64,000 nucleotides of DNA, taken from an uncultured candidatus Brocadiaceae bacterium (GTDB lineage: Bacteria > Planctomycetota > Brocadiia > SM23-32). The notes below the pieces were generated by a model. It saw nothing but the letters and a program-made list of their open reading frames with translations, was not told the DNA's origin and made no database searches. Shown here piece by piece: positions 34,364 to 44,474 of the stretch. Position numbers and translations under genes: made by a program. The stretch covers positions 26,802 through 90,801 of the forward strand of contig CAZFSS010000001.1 of the NCBI GenBank assembly GCA_964521715.1, written 5' to 3'. Every line of letters starts with the position of its first letter. Position 1 is the first letter of the stretch.

Positions 34364-35074
34364 CTAGCGCTGGAGTCTGGCCAGGGCGGCGGCGTGGTAG
34401 ACGGCCGCCCATGTGAGCTGCAGATTGTCCCTCGGCCTGATGCTGCTTTGGGCGCCCTCGTAGGTGTAGGGGACGGTGACCTCGGCGATCCGGAAGTCGC
34501 GCCCTCGCTCCGCGGCCAGCCTCCCGAACAGGAGCATGGACGTGTGCTCGAGCGTGTAGCGCCCGCGGGTCGCCAGGTGCCGGGCCAGGTATCCGGCGAC
34601 CTCCCGCGTGTAGACGCGGTAGCCGCTCTGCACGTCGTGGATCCGGACGGCCACGAGCTGGTAGGGCGCGTTGGCGAGGGCGTTGGCCAGGCGCCTGATG
34701 GCCGGCATGTCGCCGCGCCACCGGTGTCCGATCGCCAGGTCGTAGTCGCCGACGAGGCAGCACATGGCGGGCAGGTGAGCGGGATCGTCCTGCATGTCGG
34801 CGTCGAGCACGGCGATCTTCTCGGCGTCGGCGTGGCGAAGGATTGCCTCCAGCCCGTGCTTGACCGCCGCCTGCTTGCCCTGGTTGACGGCGTGGTGGAC
34901 GGCTTCGGCGGCCCCGTCGGCCGCCAGGGCGTCCAGGATCTCTCCCGTGGCGTCCCTGGAGCAGTCGTTCACGCACACAACGCGACCGACGCCGACCGAA
35001 AGCGCGGCCCGGACGGCCTCCGCCACGTTGCGTTCCTCGTTGTAGGCGGGGAAGACGACGCCCACGCGCCGCAT
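34364..35074 (-). CDS. family 2 glycosyltransferase (polyprenol-phosphate sugar synthase-like)
   Basis: VGVVFPAYNEERNV...VVCVNDCSRD...AVLDADMQDDP (DxD) GT-A motifs; start at 35072-35074 with GAGG RBS; stop adjacent to the downstream flippase-like gene. Confidence 0.8.
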   Translation of the reverse strand: MRRVGVVFPAYNEERNVAEAVRAALSVGVGRVVCVNDCSRDATGEILDALAADGAAEAVHHAVNQGKQAAVKHGLEAILRHADAEKIAVLDADMQDDPAHLPAMCCLVGDYDLAIGHRWRGDMPAIRRLANALANAPYQLVAVRIHDVQSGYRVYTREVAGYLARHLATRGRYTLEHTSMLLFGRLAAERGRDFRIAEVTVPYTYEGAQSSIRPRDNLQLTWAAVYHAAALARLQR

Positions 35075-35143
35075 GTTATCCTCATGCCCTTGCTGCCTGA
35101 CACGCTCTACGATTATGCGCATGCCGCCTCCGTGCCGTTCGGG

Positions 35144-36310
35144 TCAGGAGCAGTCCAGCACGGCCCGGGCCGCCTGGACCGCGCCCGTTCGCACTTTCGC
35201 TCCCTCGGCCTTCAGTATCTCCTCCAGCGCGCCGAGCAGGAGAAACACGTTCTCTTCGGTGCTGGAGTGGCCCATCAGGCCGATGCGCCAGACGCGCCCG
35301 GCCAGGGGGCCGAGCCCGCCGCCGATCTCAATCTTGTGTCCCTCGAGCAGGGCGCGTCGCACGGCCTTGTCCTCAGCGCCCTCGGGGATGAACACGGCGT
35401 TGAGCATCGTCAGCCGGTAGGGCTCGGCGACGAGCATCTCGAGCCCCATGGCCTCCAGCCCGGCGACGAGCGCCTCATGGTTGCGGCGGTGGCGCCGGAA
35501 GCGGGCGTCCAGGCCTTCCTCCAGCACCACTTTGAGGGCCTGGTTCAGGGCATAGATCATCGAGATCGGCGCCGTGTGATGGTACGTCCGCTCGGAGCCC
35601 CAGTACTTCTTGACCATGCTCATGTCGAGATACCAGCTCGGGACTTTCTCCTTCCGGGCGTCGAGGACCTCCAGCGCGCGCTGGCTAAACGAAACCGGCG
35701 CCAGGCCGGGCGGGCAGCTCAGGCATTTCTGCGTGCCGCTGTAGATGGCCTCGATCCCCCACCCGTCGGTGTCCACGTCGCATCCTCCCAGGGAGGTGAC
35801 CGCGTCGACGAGCAGGAGGCCCCCGGCGTCATGGACGATGCGGCTCACGTCTTGCAGCGGCTGAAGCACCCCGGTCGAGGTCTCGGCGTGCACGATGGCG
35901 ACCACCTTCGGGTCGCAGCGGCGGACCGCGTCCTCGATTGCGGCCGGATCGAGCGGTTCGCCCCATTCCGCTTCCACCGTATGCAGCTCGCCGTGCAGCC
36001 GCTCCACGATGTCGGCCATGCGGGTGCCGAAGACGCCGTTGACGCAGACCAGGACGCGGTCACCGGGCTCGATGAGGTTGCACAGGCACGCTTCCATGCC
36101 GGCGCTGCCGGTGCCGGAGACCGGCAGCGTCAGGCGGTTGCTCGTCTTCATGACGCGGCGCAGGAGGTCCTGCGTTTCGTCCATGATGGCCAGGAAGTCC
36201 GGATCCAGGTGGCCGAGAAGCGGCCGGGACATCGCTTCCAGCACGCTCGGGTGGCAGTTGCTCGGCCCGGGGCCCATCAGTACTCTGCGCAGCCGATTCG
36301 GGCTGGTCAT
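35144..36310 (-). CDS. class V aminotransferase (alanine--glyoxylate / serine--pyruvate aminotransferase family)
   Basis: LMGPGPSN N-terminus, SGTQKCLSCPPGLA PLP-lysine motif; ATG at 36308-36310. Confidence 0.85.
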   Translation of the reverse strand: MTSPNRLRRVLMGPGPSNCHPSVLEAMSRPLLGHLDPDFLAIMDETQDLLRRVMKTSNRLTLPVSGTGSAGMEACLCNLIEPGDRVLVCVNGVFGTRMADIVERLHGELHTVEAEWGEPLDPAAIEDAVRRCDPKVVAIVHAETSTGVLQPLQDVSRIVHDAGGLLLVDAVTSLGGCDVDTDGWGIEAIYSGTQKCLSCPPGLAPVSFSQRALEVLDARKEKVPSWYLDMSMVKKYWGSERTYHHTAPISMIYALNQALKVVLEEGLDARFRRHRRNHEALVAGLEAMGLEMLVAEPYRLTMLNAVFIPEGAEDKAVRRALLEGHKIEIGGGLGPLAGRVWRIGLMGHSSTEENVFLLLGALEEILKAEGAKVRTGAVQAARAVLDCS

Positions 36311-36344
36311 TGCACGGCCTCTCGGATGGAAGAGATGCGCCGGC

Positions 36345-37235
36345 TCACGGAGCGGGCTGATCCCGCTCGGCGTCCTGGGCATCGTAGACCTTGTTCGTGC
36401 CGCGGGGCAGGTCGGCCACGTCGAAGGGCGGCTCGAACTCGTCGACGAGCCGCACGTTCCGTTCGACTTCCTCCGGCCATCGCATTCCGACGTTCGCCAC
36501 GTGCACGCGCGAATCCGCCAGCACGTACTTCAGGCATGCCTCGTAGAGATCGCAGCCGGACTCGAGCTCGGGCAGCAGTCTGCGCGCCAGGTGTTGGAGG
36601 ATGCCGGAAGTGAGCGGCCGCATCAACGTCACGCCCAGGTCCATCTCCCGGGCCTTGTCGAGCGCGTGATGGGCGGCCGACTGGTAGATCAAGTTGTAGC
36701 GCAACTGCACGACGTCCAGCAGGCCCGTGTCCATCAGCGCGAGCAGGCTGAACGGCTCCTCCGTGGTGGCGCCGATGAAGCGGACCTTCCCCTGCTTGCG
36801 CAGCTCCATGAGGGCATCCATCGGGCCGTCCTCGAGGACCCGGCGCGTGACCTCGTCTGTGTAGACGCCGCCGTGAAACTGGATCAGGTCGAGTCGCTCG
36901 CACCCGAGGCGGCGCAGCGAGTCGTGGACGCTCTTGACCGTGCCCTCCCGGTCCAGGCCCAGGACGACCTTCGTGGCGATGAACAGTTCATCGCGCTGTC
37001 CGGTGACGGCCTCCCCGATGATGCTCTCGCTGTGCCCGTCGCCGTAGGCGGCCGCCGTGTCGATGTAGTTGATACCCAGCTCGACGGCGCGCCTGACCGT
37101 GCGCCGGGCCGCGGCGCGTCCTTCGTCGGTGTAGGGATCCCATCCCCTCGCCAGGTTCCTGGCGCAGATCGGGTAGCCGCCGAACCCTATCCGCGATACC
37201 TTTGCGCCCGTTCTGCCGAGCGTGACGTATTTCAT
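36345..37235 (-). CDS. aldo/keto reductase
   Basis: GRTGAKVSRIGFGG, INYIDTAAAYG, LDLIQFH motifs of the AKR superfamily. Confidence 0.85.
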   Translation of the reverse strand: MKYVTLGRTGAKVSRIGFGGYPICARNLARGWDPYTDEGRAAARRTVRRAVELGINYIDTAAAYGDGHSESIIGEAVTGQRDELFIATKVVLGLDREGTVKSVHDSLRRLGCERLDLIQFHGGVYTDEVTRRVLEDGPMDALMELRKQGKVRFIGATTEEPFSLLALMDTGLLDVVQLRYNLIYQSAAHHALDKAREMDLGVTLMRPLTSGILQHLARRLLPELESGCDLYEACLKYVLADSRVHVANVGMRWPEEVERNVRLVDEFEPPFDVADLPRGTNKVYDAQDAERDQPAP

Positions 37236-37299
37236 GGCCCATTCTCCCGCAGCAGGATTCTAGCAGCCGGAGCCCCCGCTGCAAAACGCACGGGCGGCG

Positions 37300-37329
37300 T
37301 TGCCCGGCGGGAGGGCGTGTTCCTATAAT
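37300..37329 (+). promoter_or_regulatory. sigma-70 type promoter of rtcA (TTGCCC-18-TATAAT)
   Basis: ttgccc ggcgggagggcgtgttcc tataat, about 30 nt upstream of the 37358 ATG; coordinates +/-2. Confidence 0.45.
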
Positions 37330-37357
37330 GCGTCCGCTCTCAGTGGGAGGGGATCGC

Positions 37358-38404
37358 ATGGGGCCGGTCGAGATCGACGGCAGCTACCTGGAAGGGGGAG
37401 GGCAGATCCTGCGCACGGCCATCGGCCTGGCCGCCGCCACGGCCACTCCCTGCCGCGTGTTCAACATCCGCAAGGGCAGGCGCGAACTGGGCCTGGCCGC
37501 GCAGCATCTGAGCGGGGTCGGCGGCGTGGCGCAGCTCTGCGCGGCCCGGGTGGAGGGCGCACGGATCGGCTCCCAGGAACTGGAGTTCGTCCCCGGCCCG
37601 CTCGATCCGCCCGAGACCATCTCGGTGAACGTGGGCACGGCGGGCTCCGTCGCCCTTGTCCTCCAGGGGATGATGATCCCGCTCGCCGTCGCCGGACGCC
37701 GCGTTGAGGTGGTCGTGAGCGGCGGCACGCACGTCAAATGGTCGCCCACCGTCGACTACTTCCAGCGCGTGTTCTGCTACTGGCTGGGCCGAATGGGCGT
37801 CCGGATCGAGGTGCTGGCGGCCGAGCCCGGCTTCTACCCCAAGGGCGCGGGCCGCGTGCGCGTCCGGACCAACCCGGGGACGCTCACGCCGCTCGTGCTG
37901 ACGGAGCGCGGCGAGCTGCAGCGCGTCCACGCGCGCAGCATCGCCGCCAGAGAGCTGGCCGGGGCGCGAGTCGCCGAGAGGCAACTGGAGGGGGCGGCCG
38001 AACTCGTCCCGGTGGACGCCCCCGACTTCGACTACGTGCAGTCAGCCTCCATCGGCAGCGCCATCCAACTGACGGCGGAGTACGCGGGCTGCCGCCTGGG
38101 GGCGTCGTCGCTGGGCGAGCGAGGCAAGCGCGCCGAAAAGGTGGGCCGGGAGGCGGCGCAGCTCCTGGAACGCGCTATGGACGGCGGCGCCTGCCTGGAC
38201 GAGCACATGGCCGACCAGGTCCTGCCCTACCTGGCGCTGGCCGGGGGAGCGTCCTGCGTGAGCACGGCCGGCGTTACGGACCACTGCCGCACGAACGTGT
38301 GGGTGATCGAGCAGTTCCTGCCCGTCCGATTCGACGTGGACGAGGGGGGCGGCCGCATCTCGTGCGCGGCCGCATCTCGTGCGCCCCTTGAGCCCGGGGA
38401 CTGA
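37358..38404 (+). CDS. rtcA: RNA 3'-terminal phosphate cyclase
   Basis: IDGSYLEGGGQILRTAIGLAA... typical RtcA N-terminus; ATG after gggaggggatcgc RBS. Confidence 0.85.
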   Translation: MGPVEIDGSYLEGGGQILRTAIGLAAATATPCRVFNIRKGRRELGLAAQHLSGVGGVAQLCAARVEGARIGSQELEFVPGPLDPPETISVNVGTAGSVALVLQGMMIPLAVAGRRVEVVVSGGTHVKWSPTVDYFQRVFCYWLGRMGVRIEVLAAEPGFYPKGAGRVRVRTNPGTLTPLVLTERGELQRVHARSIAARELAGARVAERQLEGAAELVPVDAPDFDYVQSASIGSAIQLTAEYAGCRLGASSLGERGKRAEKVGREAAQLLERAMDGGACLDEHMADQVLPYLALAGGASCVSTAGVTDHCRTNVWVIEQFLPVRFDVDEGGGRISCAAASRAPLEPGD

Positions 38405-38405
38405 C

Positions 38406-39191
38406 TCAGAGCCTGTCGGCGATCAGCTTCCAGTTCTCCTGCTGCCACCGGTAGAAGTCCGCCCGCTTGAGCTTCGCGGCGGCCGCCTCGTCCACGATGG
38501 CCACGGTGTCCGGATGCAACTGGAGGGCCGAGGCGGTGATGGCGCTCGTGAGCGGGCCCTCGATGGCGGCCCTGACGGCGTCCGCCTTGTTGGCCCCGCT
38601 GGCGAGCAGAAGGCACTTGCGTGCCTCCAGGATGCTGCCAATTCCCATGGTCACGGCGAAGCGGGGCACCTCGTCCGGGCTGTCGAAGAAGCGCGAGTTG
38701 TCCTCGATGGTCTCTCGGGTCAGCGCGGTCACGTGAGTGCGGGAGCCCAGCGAGGTGCCTGGCTCGTTGAAGGCGACGTGGCCGTCGCGTCCTACGCCCA
38801 GCACCTGGAGGTCGATGCCGCCGGCCTCGTCTATCATGTTCTCGTACTCGGCGCAGCAGCGGCGCAGGCTCTCGGCCATGCCGTCGGGCACGTGCGTGTT
38901 CTCGGGTCTGATGTTGATGTGGTTGAACAGCTTCTCGTTCATGAAGTAGCGGTAGCTCTGGGGGTGATCCGGCCCCAGGCCGACGTACTCGTCCAGGTTG
39001 AACGAGACGACGGGCGAGAAGTCGACGCCGTTTCTTCTGTGCGCCTTGATCAGGCTCCGGTAGAGGCCCTCGGGCGTGCTGCCCGTGGCCAGGCCGAGCA
39101 CCAGGTCCGGCTTCTCCCTCATGGCGCGGACGATGATGTCGGCGGCGCGCTCACTCATTTCCTCGTAGTCCTTGACGATGATGACGTCCAT
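38406..39191 (-). CDS. nagB: glucosamine-6-phosphate deaminase
   Basis: VLGLATGSTP...FNLDEYVGL...GVGRDGHVAFNEPG...FAVTMGIG are NagB signature motifs. Confidence 0.9.
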   Translation of the reverse strand: MDVIIVKDYEEMSERAADIIVRAMREKPDLVLGLATGSTPEGLYRSLIKAHRRNGVDFSPVVSFNLDEYVGLGPDHPQSYRYFMNEKLFNHINIRPENTHVPDGMAESLRRCCAEYENMIDEAGGIDLQVLGVGRDGHVAFNEPGTSLGSRTHVTALTRETIEDNSRFFDSPDEVPRFAVTMGIGSILEARKCLLLASGANKADAVRAAIEGPLTSAITASALQLHPDTVAIVDEAAAAKLKRADFYRWQQENWKLIADRL

Positions 39192-39293
39192 TTGCTCTCC
39201 CTGGCTGCGGTGAAATGGCGGCGCGTCCGGGGCGAGGAGCTCGAAGCAGCACGCGGGCGGCAGGCGTTGACGCGCCGTCGGCCCGTGCGGGTG

Positions 39294-39548
39294 TTACTCG
39301 CCTTGCTCCTCGACGACGCGCGCGATGAAGTCGACGGCCGTCCCCACGGTCTGGACCTGCAGGGCGGCCTCCTCGTCCATCTCGATTTCGAACTCCTCCT
39401 CGAAGGCGGCGACGAGTTCGACGCTCTGGATGGACTCAGCTCCCAGATCCTGAACGAACCGCGAGTCGGGCGTAATGTCCTCGACGTTCACGCCCAGCAC
39501 TTCGCTGACTACCTCGCGGACCCTCTCCAGTATCTCCTCTTTTTCCAT
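39294..39548 (-). CDS. acyl carrier protein
   Basis: 84 aa, acidic, DLGAESIQSVELVAAFEEEF with the phosphopantetheine-attachment Ser (DLGAES). Confidence 0.85.
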   Translation of the reverse strand: MEKEEILERVREVVSEVLGVNVEDITPDSRFVQDLGAESIQSVELVAAFEEEFEIEMDEEAALQVQTVGTAVDFIARVVEEQGE

Positions 39549-39572
39549 GCTGGACCTCTTGCAGAGGATGCG

Positions 39573-40850
39573 TCAGCGGAACGCCTTCCGTCTTTCCCTC
39601 TTGACGATCTCCATCTTCTGGGGGCGGGTGAGCTCCTCGGTGTACTCGATCAGCTTGACCGCCGCGTCAGTCAGCTCGACGCCGCGCCGGTCCATTGCCG
39701 CCCGGGCCGTGTCCAGGCTCGCCGTCAGCCCAATTCCCTTGCCGATCCTGCCTTCCAGGAACCAGCAGAAGGAGGGGACGTACTTCGGCAGGATCCTGGA
39801 GCCGCCGACAAGATTGCACATTATGCCCACGACCGATCCCGTGTTCAAGAGCGTGCCGATGCTGGTTTTGGTGTGATCCCCGATGAAGGAGCCCACCTTC
39901 ATCGAGCCCGTGTCGGTCGGCTGCCCGTTCAGGTAGACGGTCACGTTGCCGTAGTCGTTTTTCAGGTCGCTGTTGGTCGTCAACGCGCCGAGGTTGACCC
40001 ATTCGCCCACGTAGCTGTGCCCCAGAAAGCCCGTGTGGTACTTGTTCGCATAGCCGTGGATGATGCTCTCCTCCACCTCCCCGCCGACGCGGCACACAGG
40101 CCCCAGAGAGGTGCCCTCGCGAATGAGCGCCTCGAACAGATGCGTCCGCGCCCCAATGAAGGCGGGGCCGTGTATGCTCGAATGGGCGTGCACGACGGCG
40201 CCCTCGTCGATGACGACCGGACCCTTGCGGCAGTCGATGAAGGCACAGGGCTCGACTTCGGCTCCCCTGCCCACGTGGAGGTCGGACGTGGCGCCCCAGA
40301 CGCCGGCGCCCTCGTCGACGTGGCCCTCGGTGGCGGCGCCGTAGGCGGCCGCGAAGTCCGCCTCGATCTCGTCGGCGTTCCGCCCGACGAGGTCCCAGGG
40401 GTACCCTATGAGGACGTCGTCGCAGGTCTCCGTGCCCAGTTCGTTCGCGGCCAGGGCGGCCAACTCGCGCGCGGAGCGGGCGGACAGCCTGGCCACAACG
40501 TCCCTGTCCAGGTAGGCCCAGACGACCGCGCCCTCCGCCGTGCCCGCCACCCTGCGCTCGGCCGCGTAGGAGTCCGCCGGCCCCTTCAGGATCGCACCCG
40601 CGTTGACCAGCAGGACGTCATCGTCGGCGGCCAGGCGCTCCTCGGCATTGACGGCGTCAGCGCCGCAGGTCTCCCTGGCGACGGCATCCAGGACGTCCCG
40701 CGTCTCCAGGTGGAGCTTGCATCCCGGGAACTTCATCTGCACCTTCTCGCGAAGGCTGAATGCCCCGCAACGCAGCTCGAAGACCGGCCGCAAGTAGGTG
40801 AGGGGATAGAGGCGGTCGAAGCCTTCGTCTTCGAAAAGGATGATCTTCAT
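39573..40850 (-). CDS. nucleotidyltransferase-like N-terminal domain + left-handed beta-helix (hexapeptide) protein, GlmU-like
   Basis: N-terminal MKIILFEDEGFDRLYPLTYLRPVFEL and C-terminal hexapeptide repeats (IGDHTKTSIGTLLNTGSVVGIMCNLVGG); 4-bp overlap with ackA stop. Confidence 0.65.
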   Translation of the reverse strand: MKIILFEDEGFDRLYPLTYLRPVFELRCGAFSLREKVQMKFPGCKLHLETRDVLDAVARETCGADAVNAEERLAADDDVLLVNAGAILKGPADSYAAERRVAGTAEGAVVWAYLDRDVVARLSARSARELAALAANELGTETCDDVLIGYPWDLVGRNADEIEADFAAAYGAATEGHVDEGAGVWGATSDLHVGRGAEVEPCAFIDCRKGPVVIDEGAVVHAHSSIHGPAFIGARTHLFEALIREGTSLGPVCRVGGEVEESIIHGYANKYHTGFLGHSYVGEWVNLGALTTNSDLKNDYGNVTVYLNGQPTDTGSMKVGSFIGDHTKTSIGTLLNTGSVVGIMCNLVGGSRILPKYVPSFCWFLEGRIGKGIGLTASLDTARAAMDRRGVELTDAAVKLIEYTEELTRPQKMEIVKRERRKAFR

Positions 40851-42052
40851 TGCGGGTCTTGCCTCGCGGCGATCTCGTAGGTCTCGATGGCTATCTGGAG
40901 CTCTTCGTTCGTCGGGACGACCAGGACGGCGGTCCGCGAGCCTTCGGCGCTGATCACGGCCTCGCGCCCGACTGCCTCGGCGTTCCTGCTCTTATCCAAT
41001 ACGACGCCCAGGTCCTGAAGGCCGATGCAGATGCGGCGACGCAGTTCGGCGCAGTTCTCGCCGATGCCGGCCGTGAAGACCACGCCGTCCACGCGGCCCA
41101 GCACGGCGAAGTAGGCGCCTATGTACTTGCGCGCCCGGTAGGCAAAGACGTCCAGGGCGATGTCCGCCTGCGCGTTGCCCGCGGAGGCCGCCTCGAGTAT
41201 CTCGCGCACATCGTTGCTCACGCCGCTGAGGCCGAGCAAGCCGCTCCGCCGGTTGAGCAAGTCGTAGACCTCGGTCGGACTCAAGCTCAGCCACTGCGCC
41301 AGGAAGTAGAAGAGCCCGGGGTCCACGTCCCCGCTGCGGGTCCCCATCACCAGGCCCTGAAGCGGCGTCATGCCCATGCTGGTGTCCACGGAGCGGCCGT
41401 TCCTCACGGCTGTGGCCGAGCAGCCGTTGCCCAGGTGGAGGGTCACGGCGTTTATCCTGCCGGGCGGTATGCCCAGGATGTCGGCGGCGCGCGAGGTCAC
41501 GTAACGGTGCGACGTGCCGTGGAATCCGTAGACCCTCACGTGGCGCTCCCTGTAGAGGGAGTAGGGGAGGGCGTAGAGGTAGGCCTCGGGGGCCATGGAC
41601 GTGTGGAAGGCCGTGTCGAAGACGGCCACCTGCGGCCTGTCCGGCAGCATGCGGAGGGCGGCCTCTATGCCCGCCAAGTTCGGAGGATTGTGCAAGGGGG
41701 CGAGAACTGCGTTGTCGCGGATCAGCCGGAGCGTCTCCTCGTCCACCAGCGCACTGTCCGACATCTCCCCGCCGTGCACGACCCGATGCCCGACGGCGCC
41801 GATCTCGTCCGCGCCGCTCAGAATCCGCAGCCTCGCGTCCAGGAAGCGATCCATCAGTATCCGCAGGGCTTCGCCGTGCTCGTCCGCGTGGCAGGCCTCC
41901 TCAACGTCCGTCCGGCCGGCGGAGAAGGACATGACGGCGTCCCCCTCGCCGATCTTCTCGACCAGGCCGTTCGCCAGGGCGCGCCTCTGCGGCATCTCGA
42001 ACAGGGTGCACTTCAGCGAAGAGCTGCCCGCGTTGATGACCAGTACCTTCAT
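40847..42052 (-). CDS. ackA: acetate kinase
   Basis: MKVLVINAGSSSLKCTLFEM..., HLGNGCS, VFTAGIGEN are acetate kinase signatures. Confidence 0.95.
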   Translation of the reverse strand: MKVLVINAGSSSLKCTLFEMPQRRALANGLVEKIGEGDAVMSFSAGRTDVEEACHADEHGEALRILMDRFLDARLRILSGADEIGAVGHRVVHGGEMSDSALVDEETLRLIRDNAVLAPLHNPPNLAGIEAALRMLPDRPQVAVFDTAFHTSMAPEAYLYALPYSLYRERHVRVYGFHGTSHRYVTSRAADILGIPPGRINAVTLHLGNGCSATAVRNGRSVDTSMGMTPLQGLVMGTRSGDVDPGLFYFLAQWLSLSPTEVYDLLNRRSGLLGLSGVSNDVREILEAASAGNAQADIALDVFAYRARKYIGAYFAVLGRVDGVVFTAGIGENCAELRRRICIGLQDLGVVLDKSRNAEAVGREAVISAEGSRTAVLVVPTNEELQIAIETYEIAARQDPQ

Positions 42053-42055
42053 GGC

Positions 42056-43027
42056 TCAGACCTGCAGCGCCGTCACGGCGGTCAGGGCTACTACGTCCTC
42101 CACGCTGGCGCCGCGGGACAGGTCGTTGACCGGCTTGGCGAAGCCCTGAAGGATCGGTCCTATGGCGTGCGCGCCGCCTGTGTACTGGACGGCTTTGTAG
42201 GCGATGTTGCCCGAGTTCAGGTCGGGGAAGATCAGGACGTTGGCCTGGCCCGCCACTTCGCTTTTGCCCTTCAGCTTGAGGCGAGCCACTTCCGGCACGA
42301 GGGCCGCGTCGAACTGCATGTCTCCCTCCACGAAGCCTTCTTTCAGCCTGGCGCGGGCCAGCTCGACGGCACGGCGGACCAGGTCGACCTTGGGATGGCT
42401 CACGCCTCCCCCGGTGGAGAAGGAGAGCATAGCGATGCGGGGAACCTGGCGCAAGAAGACGCGGGCCGTCTCAGCGCTGGCCAGCGCGGTGTCCGCCAGG
42501 TCCTCGGCATCGGGCTCGACGTTGACCGCGCAGTCGGCGAACACGAGTGGCACGTCCCGCCGGTCGCCCAGGCGGGGCAGCACCATGATGAAGGAACTGG
42601 ATGGCCTGCGGATCCCCTCTCGGAGGCCGACGACCAGTTGCGCCGCCTGGATGACGCTGCCGGTCAGGTGAGCGATGCCCGCTACCATGCCGTCGGCGCA
42701 ACCCAGGGCCACCATCATCGCGCCGTGGATCAGCGGCCTGCGGACCATCCGTGCCGCAAGCTTCTCGCTCACGTGACGCCGGCCTGCGTAGTGCAGCGCG
42801 AAGCGCTCGAGCCGCTCGGGGTCCTCGATCGGCAGGGCCCTGACGCCCGGACTCAGGCGCTCCGGCAGGTCAGCCGAAGGTCCGATGAGCAAGGGGTCCG
42901 CGATGCCTTCTTCGGCCACGTGCTCGGCGGCCTGGCGGATGCGGGGATCGGCGGGCTCGGGATAGACAATCGTGCGACGCACCTTCGTCGCTCTGGACTT
43001 GAGTTCTTCCACGAACTGCGAACTCAT
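42056..43027 (-). CDS. pta: phosphate acetyltransferase
   Basis: TIVYPEPADPRIRQAA...IFPDLNSGNIAYK...SRGASVEDVVALTAV matches the Pta catalytic domain; ATG at 43025-43027. Confidence 0.9.
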   Translation of the reverse strand: MSSQFVEELKSRATKVRRTIVYPEPADPRIRQAAEHVAEEGIADPLLIGPSADLPERLSPGVRALPIEDPERLERFALHYAGRRHVSEKLAARMVRRPLIHGAMMVALGCADGMVAGIAHLTGSVIQAAQLVVGLREGIRRPSSSFIMVLPRLGDRRDVPLVFADCAVNVEPDAEDLADTALASAETARVFLRQVPRIAMLSFSTGGGVSHPKVDLVRRAVELARARLKEGFVEGDMQFDAALVPEVARLKLKGKSEVAGQANVLIFPDLNSGNIAYKAVQYTGGAHAIGPILQGFAKPVNDLSRGASVEDVVALTAVTALQV

Positions 43028-43358
43028 GGGCTTCCCTCGAGACATGGCGCGCCTGGGACCGTCCAACGGGGGTCAGGTGCGCCGAGGACCGAAAGGGCCT
43101 GGAAAAAGAGACGTCCTGAAGCCGGGCGCGAGCCGCCCCGCTCCGAGGAGTCCCCCCCCGGGGGATGGGCTGCCGACTGAAAGCCGATGGCTCCGCTCGC
43201 TATGGGCCCGCAGAGCCTAAAGCCGACAGATACGCCTCAGGGACTGAGGGCAGAGGAAGGAAACAAAGCCGTGCAGGCCGCGACTGCCGCCAGAGCCAGA
43301 CACAAGCATACCGCCCTGGGTGACGGAGCATGAGACGGCATATAGGCAGGGCGAGCCC

Positions 43359-43595
43359 TCAGTGGGCAAGCCGCCCGGACCGGTACGGCGTCACGCTTTC
43401 CTCGTAGATCATGCTGGGTTCGTCCAGGCCGAGCGCCCAGTCCATGTCGTCCACGATGCCGTCCAGGTCTCTGTTCACAACGTAGTCGCGTTGACGGGTG
43501 CGCTCCGCCGAGAACGCGTTGGAACAACCGGTCGACAACGCCATGCCTGCGATGACCAACACGCCCACGAACCAGCCAAGCAAACGGTTCCTCAT
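43359..43595 (-). CDS. small lipoprotein (hypothetical)
   Basis: 78 aa; signal peptide with lipobox MRNRLLGWFVGVLVIAGMALSTGC; GGGAG RBS 9 nt upstream. Confidence 0.55.
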   Translation of the reverse strand: MRNRLLGWFVGVLVIAGMALSTGCSNAFSAERTRQRDYVVNRDLDGIVDDMDWALGLDEPSMIYEESVTPYRSGRLAH

Positions 43596-43862
43596 CAGCG
43601 TCTTCTCCCTTCCGATCGCGCCGCACCTGGCGCGGCGACGCCCGCCGCATGCGGCCAGCCGGAGCAAGGGTGCGTGCCAGAGAACGCTCCCCTCGCAGGC
43701 ACAAGCCGCTCCTCGGGCCGCGGACGCGTACCAGGGACACACCAGCGCGGCCCTCATCCGCACCCAACCGCCCGCCACAGCGACAGGCGGACAGCACGTG
43801 GGAAGAGTACTCTCACGCACGTGCCAGCCCCGTCCGGCACGCAACTTCGCAGCACGGCCCTG

Positions 43863-44144
43863 CTACTTGCCGCCGGTGGCTGCTTCTTGAGCTTTGCGGG
43901 CTTCCTCAATGGCCTTCTGCCGCTCAGCTGCCGCTTGCGTCTGCGCTGTCTGCTGCTCCTGGCGCGCCGTTTCCGGCACAGCGGCCTGCTGTTGCTGCTG
44001 CTGCGGGGCCTTGGCTGCCGCTGCGCCCGCCGCACCGGTGGCCGGCACAACGGGTGCAGGCGCCGGCTTCTTGCCGCCCGAAAACAGGATGATCACCACT
44101 ACGATCACTACGACCACTATTACGGCTATCAGCCCCTTCTTCAT
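43863..44144 (-). CDS. membrane-anchored low-complexity (Ala/Gln-rich) protein (hypothetical)
   Basis: N-terminal TM helix (LIAVIVVVVIVVVIILF) then PAPAPVVPATGAAGAAAAKAPQQQQQQ... ; GGAGGGAG RBS. Confidence 0.45.
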   Translation of the reverse strand: MKKGLIAVIVVVVIVVVIILFSGGKKPAPAPVVPATGAAGAAAAKAPQQQQQQAAVPETARQEQQTAQTQAAAERQKAIEEARKAQEAATGGK

Positions 44145-44446
44145 CTACTCCCTCCGGACAAGAACGTGCCTTGCGTCGAGAAACAACCTCAAGCCTCAGT
44201 GACTCGCCGCACCGCGGGACGCGGCAGCGGTACAGAACCCATAAGCGCTAAGTGCCTCGCCTCCCTTCGCCGGTAATCCCATGCCGGGCCCAGGCCCTGA
44301 AGCCACAATGGAATCTGATCCCAACGTGGGCCGCATTATAACCGCAGGAAATCTCGCCTTCAAGTCCTAACGGCCCCCTCTGCAAAGCCCGTCGGGAGCC
44401 CCACGCCCGGCGGCGAGCGCTCCCAGGATGGGGGGCAGCCGGGGCT

Positions 44447-44474
44447 TGACTGCGACCGAAGAAGGATTACAATG
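44447..44474 (+). promoter_or_regulatory. sigma-70 type promoter of mtnP (TTGACT-16-TACAAT)
   Basis: cttgact gcgaccgaagaaggat tacaat, about 85 nt upstream of the 44558 ATG; coordinates +/-2. Confidence 0.5.

Noticed and set aside
33300-34976. Full 558-aa minus-strand ORF as the flippase-like gene
   Set aside because: The N-terminal 200 residues are Arg/Pro/Gly-rich and overlap the GT2 gene in another frame. The membrane protein most plausibly starts at the ATGs at 34352 or 34361.
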